A stretch of DNA of 55,983 nt, the filler included, from Stramenopiles sp. TOSAG23-6 (taxonomy: Eukaryota), in NCBI GenBank assembly GCA_900128565.1. It is 4 parts of 4 records of this genome, joined end to end, with 100 filler letters (N's around TTAATTAATTAA, not from the genome) between each part and the next. Parts side by side here need not be neighbours in the genome. Positions count along the whole stretch, not along the records: positions 1 to 13,961 come from LT636152.1; positions 14,062 to 28,015 come from LT636153.1; 2 more parts are not named here. One strand, written 5' to 3'. The position numbers and the translations under genes were made by a program. Below are positions 10,701 through 23,900 of the stretch, piece by piece. Each line of letters opens with the position of its first letter. Position 1 is the first letter of the stretch. The notes below the pieces were generated by a model. It was not told where the DNA came from and searched no databases. It worked only from the letters and a program-made list of their open reading frames with translations.

Positions 10701-13700
10701 TTTGTATTTACGATTTCATTTTTGATATTTTTGATATTTTTGACATTTTTGATATTTTCCAGATTTGATTCAGGTTTTATACTAGGATATTTCATTATTT
10801 TTCGTGTTTTGACTGATCGTACAATGGCTGATATATAACTTTTAAATATATTTTGACAATATTTTGAGTTTTGTGAATCATTTAAATTTTTTTCATTTTT
10901 TTCATTTTTTTCATTTTTTTCATTTTTTTCATCTATACTACTTGATAGTTCTTGTGTAAACATATCACCAAAACTAGTTTTGTTTTGTGCAATAAATTGT
11001 ATAACAGCTAGGTATGCTTTTATAGTATTAATAAAAAGTGCTGATGATGATTGATTAGGGTTAGGGTTTGACACATTCTCATTAGGGTTAGGGTTAGGGT
11101 TATATTGTATATACATTGCTTCTTGGCATTGAGCTGATAATGTCAATAAATGTAAATAAATAAAAGGCCAAAATCGTCTTTCATTTCGATATGGGACATG
11201 TCGTATTTTAGAAAGATACTCATTTGCTTTAAAAAACTGTTTACATTGTATCAAATGTTTTGTACAAAAATTCTAGAATTTTTTTTTTTTGGTTTGTTAG
11301 GTACAAAATTTCGTATGAAAAAAAAAATTTGAAAAAAAAAAAAAAAATTGAAAGTGAAAGTGAACACGTACATGGTGTATAGAAATATTATATAAATGTA
11401 AAGCCTGTCTATCTCGTTGTGCCTGTACATAAAACTTTGCAGCTTTGGAAGTTACTTTTGACATTTTATCTTGAAATAATGAATAATCATTCAAAACTTG
11501 AAACAGGTTTGTATCTTTCGATTCTGAATCAAATGTTGGTGTCCAAAATACTTTATATTCAGTCATTATTGATTTTGAAGTAATTTGTCCAGGAAACCAA
11601 AATTGAGTTTTGACTACATTCTTGTTCTTATTATTATTAGTAGTATTATTATTATTATTAGTAGTAGTAGTATTGTTATTATTATTATTATTGTTATTAT
11701 TACTATTAGTAGTAGTAGTATTGTTATTATTATTATTAGTATTAGTATTCTGAGTTTTGCATTCATCATTACTCAGTTGTTGGGATGGTTTAAATACTAG
11801 AGATTTAATGACAAATAATGTTGATGAAGCAATGGATAGTAAATCAGCCAATGCAATAAAAATTCGTCTCTTAAGACGAATTTTTTGTTTTTGACGTTTT
11901 TGTTGATTTGTACCAAATTTTGTACGTAATAAAACATCATTTGTATTGTCATATTCCTTTGCAGTGAATATTGATGCTGCTTCAATTGTAGATGCTAATG
12001 CAATTGATGCATGATATATCCAAGAATATACACGAAATCTTGATTCTTTATGTAAAACTAGTTTTTGAGATGATGCGTTATTATCATTATTTATAGTAGT
12101 AGTAGTAGTAGTAGTAATATCATTCATATCATCATTCATAGTAGTAGTAGTAGTAATGTCATTCGTATCATTATTTATAGTAGTAGTAGTAGTAGTAGTA
12201 GTAATGTCATCCGTATCATCATTCATAGTAGTAGTAATATCATTCATATCATCATTCATAGTAGTAGTAGTAGTAGTAATGTCATTCATATCATCATTCA
12301 TAGTAGTAGTAGTAATATCATTCATATCATCATTTGTGTACGAAAGCAAAATATGACGTAATTTCCGTATAGCCATAATAGACCGTTCAGCAGCATCAGC
12401 AACAGATGATAAATCATTGATACACAATAAAAGAATTATTTGTCTTGATACAAGATAAATTCGAAATTGAATCGTACTGATTAAACTTTTTTGTATCAAT
12501 TTTCTATAGAAATCTTTTTTTGTATGTGCCATTTCAAGAATTTGCGAACCATTCTCCGATTTTTGTAATGGTTTATCTAACATATGAATACAAAAATTTA
12601 GGTTTTGATTTTTTTTTTTCGCATTTTTTTGATTTTTTTGATTTTTTTGATGTTTCGGACTGGGACAGCTTTCATTAGGGTTAGGGTTTCCTGGTGGTGT
12701 TAATGGAATGTTTTCATGATTATCAAATTTGCTATCTTTAGTTGGAGGTGTAAGTGAGGATGGAATTTTCACTGTCGGTATATTTGATTTCAAATTATTA
12801 TTATATTTTATTTTTTCAAGATTTGGATTATTTGTCATTTCATCATTAGGGTTAGGGTTTATTATTTTTTTTATTGGAGTATGTAAAAGTGTAGCAGGGT
12901 TAGGGTTATTATTGAAACCTTGTTTTTCGTGTTTTTCGTGTTGTTGACGATGTAATGATATTGTATACATATATATATCATGAAGTATATCATATTCACG
13001 TAAAGCTTCTTCATCCAATTTTGAAAAATATATCAAATTCAAAATTCATAAGGTACGAAATTTTCATACAAAAATGTGTAATTAGGGTTAGGGTTATAGG
13101 GAAAAAAAAACCTACATATAAATGAAATGTTTCTAATAAAATAGCAAAATTCTCTCGAAGGTAAAAATAATTACAGAAATTCCAACCTGGCATGTATTTT
13201 GGAAAAATATTTCAAAAAAATCTAAAAAAACTCGTTAGGTACAAAATTTTTTGAAAAAAATAANTNGATTTTTTTNTAAAAAAAAAAAATAAAACATACA
13301 TCATACACTGACTCCAACGTTTTTCAATTTCTAATTTATATCGATCACAACGAGAATAAAATGTTTTACTAATGGAATTGGTAATGAATATATACAAATT
13401 TTTAAAACGATTTGTAGTTGTCATTGTAGAACTTGTATTCATTTGTGTTAGGGTTTCATTTCGTTGTTTTTCGTCGATGACTGTTGATGTTTGTATGGTA
13501 GATATATATTGTGAAAAATATTGTACATTTGAAATTTGTTAGGTACAAAATTTCGTAAGAAAAAAAATTCTATGATTAGGGTTAGGGTTAGGGTTGATGA
13601 AAACATTCGCTATTGTAGTATTATTTGTATTATTATTTGTATTATTATTAGTATTATTTGTATTATTTGTATTATTATTAGTATTATTTCTACTACTACT

Positions 13701-13908
13701 AATAATAGTCGTCTTTATAACCTTGTTTGTGTCATTTTGTTTATTAGGGTTAGGGCTTGTCTGAATTGGATTATTTTCGTTAGGGTTAGGGTTATTTAAA
13801 TCAATTTGAATGACTCGACGGGAAAATAAATTACTTGATTGGCCCACAGGGAATTTGAATCGTTTCCCATCAAAATCAGAACACATTTTCTCAAATATTC
13901 TAGAGTGT
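7756..13908 (-). CDS. TRAPPC10: TRAPP II subunit TRAPPC10/Trs130-like, 5'-truncated; exons approx. 13908-13609, 13503-13300, 13191-13116, 13012-11372, 11254-9914, 9765-8050, 7952-7756
   Basis: Spliced MPGWNFCNYFYLRENFA..LYEEALREYD and C-terminal WLLMGKT..AMPVTCGVLHAP match my recollection of the family. Apparent frameshift in the poly-A/N run near 8278. The acceptor of intron 9766-9913 (probably GT-AG) is uncertain. Confidence 0.8.
7953..8049 (-). other. Non-canonical intron GT...TAT
   Basis: acg t|gtacattt...tacctaaac...cactatatat|gt gca, in frame. Confidence 0.75.
11255..11371 (-). other. Non-canonical intron GT...CAT
   Basis: cat|gtacgtgtt...tacgaaattttgtacctaac...aaaacat|ttg joins two long ORFs in frame. 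Confidence 0.85.
13013..13115 (-). other. Non-canonical intron GT...GAT
   Basis: tat|gtaggtttt...aaattggat|gaa gaa restores LYEEALREYD. Confidence 0.8.
13192..13299 (-). other. Non-canonical intron GT...CAT
   Basis: atg at|gtatgtttt...aaaatacat|g cca ggt tgg restores MPGWNF. Confidence 0.88.
13504..13608 (-). other. Non-canonical intron GA...TAT containing three telomere-type repeats
   Basis: gc|gaatgttttcat...tacgaaattttgtacctaac...caatatat|a tct is in frame. The flanks are low-complexity, so the boundaries are less certain. Confidence 0.6.
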
Positions 13909-13961
13909 ATGTATTTTGGAAAAATATTTCAAAAAAAATCGTTAGGTACAAAATTTCGTAC

Positions 13962-14061
13962 NNNNNNNNNNNNNNNNNNNNNNNNNNNNNNNNNNNNNNN
14001 NNNNNTTAATTAATTAANNNNNNNNNNNNNNNNNNNNNNNNNNNNNNNNNNNNNNNNNNNN
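13962..14061. other. Artificial contig spacer (N-run, TTAATTAATTAA, N-run)
   Basis: Six-frame-stop linker; the same layout recurs at 28016-28115 and 42005-42104. Confidence 0.97.
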
Positions 14062-14226
14062 AATTGGTACGGAATCCAAAATGACTCAGACGATGTGATT
14101 GCAAAAAAGGCATAATTGGGCTGGGTCTATCTCGATCTGCTATGACAATATTTATCTTGTGTTGTTGTCCAGAGGACTTAATATGTTATTACTGCAAACT
14201 AGTTTACTTTACTTTGTACTTGTAGG

Positions 14227-16050
14227 ATGTTAAGAGAGTCGGGAATTTTATGCAGAGACTATATTGTGCCTCATTTTACTATTAATTTAGATGATCCAGC
14301 TCATACAAGGTGGAAGCCGGTGATTGGTGCATACAAACATAAGTTTTCGCAGTTACTTACTGTACTTCACTCGTCATATATTGACTTTGAGAAATCGTCG
14401 GAAGATTTTTTTTCGCGACTTCGTGATGGACTTTTTAAGCAACTAAAAGATCTGGGCGCTGCGTATCTTGTAGATGAGCTGTGTTCTATTGCGAAACATT
14501 CCGATAATATTCTCTCCGTTAATGATGTGGTTCTTTTGCATCTTAGCTTAGAGGCTCTATCTGGGTGCACTTCGTGTATTTCACCTCCCCAAATTTGTAA
14601 AAGTGANCATGTTGGACCTTTTCTTGGGCGCACTCTTGATTGGGATATGCAAATTCTACGTGAGTTGACAATAGAAGTCAGTTTCAAATCTAGAGGAATT
14701 GAAATTTTTAGGTGTACTACATGGGCTGGATATATAGGAATACTAACAGGTTGTAAATGTGGGGCATATTGCGCNGCTGTTAATTATCGACAGGATTTGA
14801 ATACTGAAGAAATGAGCGGTTTTTCTTCTTGGCCTGTAGGATTACTCCTCAGAAATGTATTTGAAAATTGCAATTCATTCAATGAAGCTGTGCAACGCTT
14901 CTCTAATGCACCTTTGTGGGCTCCTTGCTATATATACGTTTTCATCACGAATTTCAAAATTATTTTTTTTTGTTTTTCATACGAAATTTTGTACCTAAGA
15001 ATTTTTTTTTTTTAGTAGTTACGTTTTCATCGCGAATTTCAAAAATTTTTTTTTTTTGTACTTATGATTTTTCGTACCTATTCCTACGATTTCAATTTTT
15101 GTAATTTTTGTAACATACCTAACAAATTTCAAATTATACGCATATTTTTTATGATACATCATTATTACAGGGACAAATAAAATGGAAGGTCTAATTATAG
15201 CAAGAAATGAAAAAAAGGTTCTTAAAATGAAAAGCTTGACAAATATAGGTACGCTTGTATCACTCAATTCAATTTATTTTTTTTTCGTACGTAATTTTGT
15301 ACCTAAATAGTTTTTGAAGAAAAATATTTTTCACAATACATAATCCCATGATAAATTACTAGTACAAACAAATATTGATTGGTTTAACGAATGTGATAAC
15401 CATTTTATGAATAGTGGAATGCGATTAGAAATTGCCAAAAACATTTGGGATAAATATATGTTTTCATCATTCATTTCAAATTTATTTTTCTTTCACAAAG
15501 AAATTTTATACCTGACGAATTTTTATACTCAACAAAATATTTTTTATACCTGACGAATTTTTATACTCAACAAAATATTTTTCACACTATATTTTTGAAT
15601 ACTACACAAACAAGAAAAAGTGATTCACTTCAACAACGAGAAATTAAATCTGTTTTGTGGACTATTCTGGGATCTAAAACCATTTGTGATGATTCGACTA
15701 TATACGCTACTCTGATGTACGTTTTCATCTTCAATTTCGATTTTTTTTTTATACCAAATCCTAAAGTTTTGTACCGAACAAAAAAATATTCAAATATTTT
15801 GCTTTAATTCATGTGTGTTGGTGAAAACAGTGACAAAACGGGTGGAAGTCACAATAGTTATATATATGAGACGAGAATTTGTAAACCTGAAAAGATTCAT
15901 TTTAAAAAAGAAGAAAATATAGGTAAAGATGATAGATGCGTATTTTTATATTCTATGGTATTAATTGGTGCCATACTTGTAATTATTTATATTATGAATT
16001 ATTGCGAAAACATAGGAGGATTCTTAAATATATCATATAATGAGTTATAG
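14227..16050 (+). CDS. NAAA/acid ceramidase-family Ntn hydrolase; exons 14227-14933, 15160-15248, 15342-15455, 15593-15716, 15813-16050
   Basis: FTINLDDP..RW, nucleophile GCTS, GRTLDW, TWAGYIGILTG, APCYIIITG, LVQTN, TIYATLM across four AT-ended introns. The true start may lie upstream. Confidence 0.88.
14934..15159 (+). other. Non-canonical intron AT...CAT, composite (three motif copies)
   Basis: tat at|atacgttttcat...gatacat|c att restores APCYIIITG. Confidence 0.82.
15249..15341 (+). other. Non-canonical intron GT...CAT
   Basis: ata g|gtacgctt...caatacat|aa tcc puts LVQTN in frame. Any leftward shift creates TAA. Confidence 0.87.
15456..15592 (+). other. Non-canonical intron AT...TAT with internal tandem duplication
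   Basis: aaa t|atatgttttcat...tacctgac (twice)...cactatat|tt ttg, in frame. Confidence 0.8.
15717..15812 (+). other. Non-canonical intron GT...CAT
   Basis: ctg at|gtacgttttcat...ttcat|g tgt, in frame. Confidence 0.82.
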
Positions 16051-16637
16051 TAAGGGATCCCGTACCAAAATAGTACGAACCTAATAATACGTGGACCAAA
16101 ATATTTTCCGCAAAACATTTTTAAAATTAAACTTTAAAAGCGAAAATATTTCGTAAACATTCTCAATAAAACAACATCCTTCTCATCTAAGTAAAATGAA
16201 TTAAAAAAATAACAAATATTCTGCTCCTGATAATCATTCTTTCATCAAACAAACTGTAAAATTTGCATACAAAAACGTTTACTTTGTCACACAAAAGAAA
16301 GATATAACAAGCCAGAAATAGATTGTTCCCAGCTTGGCCTAATAGTACATATTCTGAAATCAGCAAACAAATATAGAGTATCCGGTAGTATGAATTGACG
16401 ACTTGTCAACTATAGATCCGTCGATGAACTGTAAATTTTGCCATCGGTAAAAGCTCTTGGGAAGAGAGAAGCAAAAAAGGGGGGGGTTTTTTTTTTTCAG
16501 AAAATTGGACCAGTCAAAACGTGTTTTTTTGATGAAGGACATAAAAAAATCCAACGGTATCTTGATGTCAACCGAACTATTTCCTACTACTTGTGAAAAC
16601 AAATCATACACTCTTTACTAAAGATATACTACGAAAA

Positions 16638-17435
16638 ATGAAACTTTCTCTACTCCTCATTGCTTGCGGTATTCTCGGCGTTAACGCTGTGTGCCCAAAC
16701 GGATGTTCAGGTCACGGAAATTGTGATTCAAATGACACGTGCACGTGTTATGACGACGGTAAATCACTTTACTTTGGTTACCTCATGGATGTCACTAAAG
16801 GTTACAACCGCGTAGACTCCGCGCAAAACGTAGGTGAACAAGCGGCACTCCAAACTGGTGAAAAGAGACGATTCTTTGATAAAGGTGCATTTGTGCAGAA
16901 AGCATACACCGGTGCTGATTGCTCACAAAGAACTTGCCCTCGTGGTGTCTCGTGGACAAATCCTCACCCAACTAACCAGTGTCTTCACCAAGATTTTGCT
17001 GAATGCTCCGATCAAGGTATTTGCGATCGCTCAACTGGAATATGCGCTTGTTTCCCAGGTTACACAGGATCTGCTTGCGGAAGAACTTCTTGTCCAAATC
17101 AATGCAATGGTCATGGTACTTGCCAAAGTAATATTGCGTTCTCAGTTGAAGCTTCAGTAATGGATGCTGGCGGTAATTATGGTAAAGACGTAAGATACTT
17201 TGGTGCTTGGGACTCTGGAATTCACTATGGTTGCAAATGTAATTCTGGATACCGTGGTGCAGATTGCTCATTAAAAGAGTGTCCATCCTCTGTTGATCCT
17301 TTGTCTTCTTCCCATGGTAATTCCACCGGTGACGACTGCTCTGGTCGTGGTATTTGTGATTATGGTACTGGTGTCTGCCAGTGTTTCTCTGGTTACACAA
17401 GTAACGACTGCTCTGATATTGAGGCTCTTGCATAA
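16638..17435 (+). CDS. Secreted EGF-like Cys-rich protein, tubular mastigoneme (Ocm/Sig1-like) family
   Basis: Signal peptide; CPNGCSGHG, YTGADCSQRTCPRG, ECSDQGICDRSTG, YRGADCSLKECP, CSGRGICDYGTG pattern typical of stramenopile mastigoneme proteins. Confidence 0.8.
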   Translation: MKLSLLLIACGILGVNAVCPNGCSGHGNCDSNDTCTCYDDGKSLYFGYLMDVTKGYNRVDSAQNVGEQAALQTGEKRRFFDKGAFVQKAYTGADCSQRTCPRGVSWTNPHPTNQCLHQDFAECSDQGICDRSTGICACFPGYTGSACGRTSCPNQCNGHGTCQSNIAFSVEASVMDAGGNYGKDVRYFGAWDSGIHYGCKCNSGYRGADCSLKECPSSVDPLSSSHGNSTGDDCSGRGICDYGTGVCQCFSGYTSNDCSDIEALA

Positions 17436-17906
17436 ACCAAGCTACTTTATGCTAACTTAGATCGTATATCTTAACAGATGATGCGTGAGAATAAATTTAC
17501 TTATCATCATCATTATCAAATTATTTTTCTTTCTTTATGAACATTTATACCATCTTTTACGGCAACTTGACTCAATAGAAAAAATAGAGAGTATCCACAT
17601 TTTGCCTAATCAAATCGACTCTGCTTTGTATAACATTNAAGGAAACGAAAACAATATGCTTCAGTACGTAACATGTATTCCGAACATATAATAACAGGGT
17701 CATTTTCATTTTCAAACGTTTTTTCAATGCGAATGATTCTTTTTTTGTTATTTCGTGTCGTGAGATTTTGTAACTGTAGGAACTATAGGATACTCTATCC
17801 TGTCAACTTGTCAAGTTGTCACATTTTCAGACAATCTCTCAAAACTTCTCCATAAAATGCTCAAAAACATGGATATATAGTGTGTATAAGTTATTATCCA
17901 AATACG

Positions 17907-20900
17907 ATGTCCCAAGCATCAAAATCTGCTCTAAATGACAAATTCTGGGACGGAAAGTTAGTTAGCCATAACGGTATGCTTGATGGTCTTGGGCTGCCTC
18001 AAACGATTCAAACGAAAAGTATCACTACTGTACAAAACGTAAAACAAGCACCCATGAAAAATGTATTAGATCTACATGAACATAATTTACCCCCTTATGC
18101 ACACAAAATAATATTGAAAATACAGAGCTTGTATCGGGCAAGAGTAGCTAGAAAAAATTATAGACCTCCGAGTTTAATGGAACGAAAGGCAGTCAAGGTA
18201 CAAACTGCTTGGCGTCGAGTATTGGGTAGATACCAAAAAGAAACCCGTGTATCCACCCTCTACAAAATGGCACTTGCCTTAGAAAAGGAGTATATGTTAC
18301 ATTCAGAGATTGGGGTAAGTAAAGCTTTGAGGAAAGTACTCCGTTCTAAAGAAGATGTAGAGAATTACAGGCCATCCATTGATGTCTTACGGCATAAAGC
18401 TTCGTCAGCTGCCCGACGTGTAGCTGAACTGCATAAAAAATTGAATCTCGCAAAGATTACACTGAAAGAAAGCACAGCAAAATTGTCGACCAAAGTGTTA
18501 GAATGCATTAATGCAAGAAATTTGTTAGAAACGGAAAACCCTGATGAAACCATTGAAAATTCGTTGTGGTTAAAAAAAGAGGAACTAGAAGACAGAAAAG
18601 AAAAGGTCAAGTATAATCAAAATAAAGTCAAATGTATAGAAGATGATATTGCTACAGCAAATCAATCTGTAGAGATTGCACAAAAAGCTGTTGAAACTAA
18701 GATACATAGTCTGAAAGAAAAACATGTTGCGCTATTCAATTCAAATAGTACGTTTTCATTATGAATTTCAAATTTATTTATCTTTTTGTACGAAATTCCA
18801 TACCTAACGATTTTTTTCAAAAATATTTTTTCGCAATACATTTGATCTTTCTATTGCAAAGGGAATATCCTTTCAGCGACAAACAACAATTAGAATTTCA
18901 CAGAAGTCAAAACTTTTGGCAAACCGTTGTGAAAGACAATCCATTCATTTTGAAAATATTGCAGTGGTATACAGAAAAGCACGTTTTCATTATGAATTTC
19001 AATTTTTTTTTTCGTACGAAATTTTGTACCTAACAAATTTCGAATTTACTTTTTTTTACAATACATGCTTCGGTGGATTCTGAAAATACAGCTTTAAANT
19101 TATTAGCTTGGAGAGAGTATTTTATATCCAGTGCAGCTAAATGTCTAGATAAAATTGGTTTGAAGTCATGGAATGAAGCATGTATAAAAACTTGGAAGTC
19201 ATGCAAACATAGATCACAATGTAAACATAGAGAGTTAAAAAGGGCAAATAGTGCAATTCACAAAATGAAATCTAATTCATCAAAATGGCTGGAAATTCAC
19301 GAGCNAGAGCTACGTACATTTGGTAAAGGTCCTTTGTTTGCTACTGTAAATAATTCAATGTATCCAGAAGTTGAAGAACACCTATGTTTCAAGCCTGCTT
19401 TACCGCCTGGTGAAGCGTTGAGAAGATCGAAAGTATGTAATACTAAAATTCCTACTTTGATAAAATTGAAGATAGAAATTGAATGTGCGTTACAACATGC
19501 TCTGGATCTTCTTCAAAAACGGCGGATTGATTTAGATGCATCCAACGAAGCTATCGCTAAATTCAATAGCAGATTAGAAAGGCACAATCAGCTTATTCAG
19601 CGTTGGAAAGCTTTGGCATCGTATCAGCGTGTTGCAGCTGCTGAGGCAGATAGACTAGCTCATAATTTAAAGTGTCAACTTTTAGAATTAAAAGAAGATN
19701 AATATTATGCACAATTGTCTGTATCGTCTCTGAGCAAGTCTTCGAGTAGTGACTTATCAAATCATCCCTGGATATGGTGGGGTGATGGTAGTCAGTATGG
19801 GGGTGTAGGATGTTATTGGTGGAAAAGTTGTGAAGCTGAGAATGTTCGATTATTTCAATGTTCCAAGGAAACTGCTATTGCGGCTGCTTTTGCAACACGT
19901 GTCGGCTTGTATGTAAGAGATGCNCACTTGGGTTCAATAGCAAAACAAAGGGAAGTAGATGCGTTTATTGATGCAGAACGAGAAAAGGCCAATTGTGCTA
20001 TTGAATTGGCTGAAAAGGTTGCATCAGAACTCGATATTAAAAGTAGAATTCTCTTGAGTAATGTAATTTTAGAAGTAAATGAAACTCAAAGAGAATACGA
20101 TGCATATGCAACAAAAGAACGCACAGCTAGTAATAAAGTTGTTAAAATAGTAAAATTAATAGATTCATATAAAATGAAAGAACGTAGCTCAAGAATAAAT
20201 ATAGACATGGAACCTTCTGTTGATGAAAATGTTCTAAAAAGGCAAAAATTATCCAGACTNATGAAAATAAAAGCTGCTAATACACAGATAGCTTCACTCA
20301 AAGAAAAATACAAAATTCTCGAATCAAATCGTCTTGAGATTCTTGTAGAATTGTCAGAAGTACAAACCCGACTTGCAAAGGCTCAAATGGGACGAGCTTC
20401 TACAGTTGCAATGATTGCGAAAATTGCGTGCGACAATGCTGTATCTTTAGCTAACGCCCATGTCATTAGTGCTTCGGTTATCAATGCAGCAAACATTGCA
20501 CGTCCTGGCAGAGAAAGGGCCAACAAATTAGTTGCAACTGGTAAAGTTTCTTGTGTAATAGCTGAAATATGTAAAAAAAATGCCATTGAGCAACACTCTC
20601 AATATCTTCACAAAAAGGCAACAGAGGATGAGAAAGAGCATATAGAATGGTTGAAAGCTAATTCGGATTCTTTAGAAGAAATTCGTTCAATCGAGAAAAA
20701 AGAGCAAAAAAGATTAAAAATAGTATCCAAAAAGGCTGCAATTCTTTACACCCGAGAACAAGAGACAGGTCGTGCTCTTGCAAGTGCAGAGTCTGATCTT
20801 ATTGAATGCGTACGGGATGCTGACTCCTCGCGAGAACGTTCAAAAGAGGAAATAAAGTTTGCAATAACAAAACAAGAAGATGCTGTGAAAACAGCTCGTG

Positions 20901-23900
20901 AATCTATAGCCAATGCCGCTGATTGCACGGAAAAATATTTATCAAAACAAAAGGAACTTTCTGATATTACTAAATTAATTGATGAACTTTTTGAATCGGC
21001 AAAACCATTCACCGATAAAGTGAAAAATGCTGAGTCAGTGTTATTGGAGGCACGTGTCAAGTTAAAATCAGTTGCAGATGATATAGTCTTAATTGAGAAT
21101 GAAATTGAAGGAAAAAAACGACAATTGGAAGATCTAAAAGCAGAAGCTCTACAAACGGGAATTACATTTCAAGGTGTCGTCAAAGATATTCAACTTGACA
21201 CGTTGAATAATAAAAAGATGCACAAAATGATGCGTAAAATGCAAAAGCTGCAACGTAAAATTGAGAAAGATACTAAAGTCAAAGTATCGAAAGTTGAGGA
21301 ACAAAAACGTATACAGGACGATGTTGATGTATCCGTTCAAAATGTTGCAGTACTTTCGGAGNATGCTCATGTCAACACNAGGGAATGGCGGAGAGCAAAG
21401 AAACGAAAAGAACATTTGTTGATTGAAGAATCGCGATTGAAATCATTATCAGTTTCGTTGAAAAATGTAGCAAACGAATGGAAAAATAAAGTTAAGGAAG
21501 CCTCTGGATTTACAAAACGTGTAAAACATGCTGCCAATGTTGAAAGTCGTGACTGGACTGAATCTGTGAGAAGATCAGAGCAAGCTATCATTGAGATAAA
21601 AGAAAGCATGGAAGAAGGTTGTACTGATGCTAATGAAATAGCGAATGCTGAAAAAAAAGCTTCAGCTATTGCAATGGAGATTGGGGAAAAGAGGAAAAAA
21701 CTAGAACGCGATATACGAATGTCAAAAAATAAAGTCTTTGAATCAAAAATGCGTATTTCAGAAACAAATGACCTTTTGGCAAGAATAAAAATTACGAAGA
21801 GTCGCCTCGAAGCTCAGCGAGATACACTCGAAGCTGCTAAGTATTTAGCCAACCGTGAGGTAGTAAAAGACCGAGCGAAACGATTTCTTGAAACAAAGCA
21901 AACTGAATTGGTCACAATCAAGCAGGAGGTGCTCAATATGAAGAAAGAAGAAGCGATTGCTAAAGTTGAGCTTCAACGCCTCGTAGCAAAACGAAAGAAA
22001 AATGGTAGCGATAAACAAAAGAAACCACCACCGGAGTTTGGGCGCCGAGAAATTGAGGAATTTACAAAATTAGAAATTAAAAGGCTTGAAGAACAAAAGG
22101 AAGCAGATGAATCAAATTGGAAAAGAACATGTGAAAACTTACATATGTGGACAGAATTAGAAAGTAAAATAGTAGAAGAAGTTAAACATTATAAAATTCG
22201 TCTGAAAGTGTGGGATGCGGAAATAGAAGTTTCTCGTGTGAACAATGGTATTGCACAGGGAAAGTTAGACTCATATATTTCCGACGAATCAACATTTGAT
22301 ATACATTGTAGATTGAAACACGCTGAAGAACAAATTCCTTTATTTGCAGCCGAATTGAAAAATACAGTTCAGTGGTACAATCAAGAGAACACACTTTTTG
22401 AAAATGCGATAGACCGTGCTATTAATCAAGGATTACCTTCTAGAATCATAGAAATGATTANTGGTAGTGGTACGTCACAAGGCATGCCCGGTGATGCATC
22501 TTTCGCATATACCAAAGAAAAACTTGNGAGTTTTGACAGAANCATCCAAACATTAAAGGGTGTAATCACGGAGAGAGAAAATATGCTAAAATTAGTACGC
22601 CTGAAAGTACAGAGAAAANTCTTAGAAGACGAAGAACATTTAANGAAAATAAAAATTATTGGCGACGCGGCTATTGCATTACGCAAGCGTGAAGAATCCA
22701 AATTACANAAAGTAAAAATGGAGCATCAATTAGCAAAGACATTTTTGGAAAAGGCTAATTTTGTGGTAAATGAAATGCGCNATATTGTGATCTTGCGTAA
22801 AAATGAAGAAATAAAATCGAANGAAAATGTCATATCTGCTGACAACACGTTATTGGAAAGCATCGCAAATCGTGATGAACACATGACAGAAATGAAAGTC
22901 TCCCAAAAGCGCCGAGATGACACATTTGTAAGACGAAAGGCAAAGGCAACGAGAGATATCCAGAATGAGTATAAAAAACGAATTAAAAAGTTAAAAAAAG
23001 AGGAGCAACAGAAATTCACCCGAAAGGAAATGGCAATTTTGGGACAACAAAGTGATTCTAATTCCGAAGAAGCTTTGGCAGAACAAAAAGAAAGAAAAAA
23101 TATTCATACAAAGCAACTTAAGGGAATGATATCTGACTTAAATAAGGAGATGAAACTACAACAACGAAAAAAATGTGCCGTCATTGATTCCCAACTTGTT
23201 AGTTTATTTGCAGCTAATATAGAAAAAGAGACAGAACAGTTAGGAAAGTTGAATGAAAATATTCTTATTCTATCAAAGAAAAAGAGACAAATGGTTGAAA
23301 TTTTTGAATCATTCGTCAAACGAAGAACACAGTCAGAATACGACGTCCAAGAAAAAGAAAATACGTTGCTAAGAAATGCTAAAGATAAATTATCAAACGC
23401 AACTAAAGCGATGTCGGTATTTGAACAAAACCGAACATATTTAGAAGCAGCTTGTCAAATTCAAAAATATTTTCGTGGATGGCGAGGACGTAAAAGGGGG
23501 AAAGCAGCCATGTCTGAAGGAAAGCGCATTCAGAATAATATAATGAAGCAGAAGGACCTCGATAAAGTAGGAAGTTCACTTTTTACAAAAGATGATGTTC
23601 AACAACTCCCGTTGGAAAATGTCAAAGAACACTACCTAAGACTTCAGAGACTTGTGGCCGAAGGGCTTGCTGAATTAGAATCAACTGAGATAAGAAGGGC
23701 AAATATATTATGTGACATCGCAGTAATTCCTGGTTTGAATCATCTTAAAAATCGTATGATCTGTGCTAGATCCGAAAGAGACGAAGCTGTCNTATTACAC
23801 GAAGCAAGTATTGCAAGGGTAGAATTTCTCACTGATTTGTGGAGAAAATCTAAATTATCTAAACATGTGCATGAAAAAAAACTAGATTATTGGAGATCTA

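Noticed and set aside
14006-14017. Palindromic TTAATTAATTAA between N-runs (also near 28060 and 42049)
   Set aside because: Standard six-frame-stop linker for concatenating contigs. Not biological, and gene adjacency across it is meaningless.
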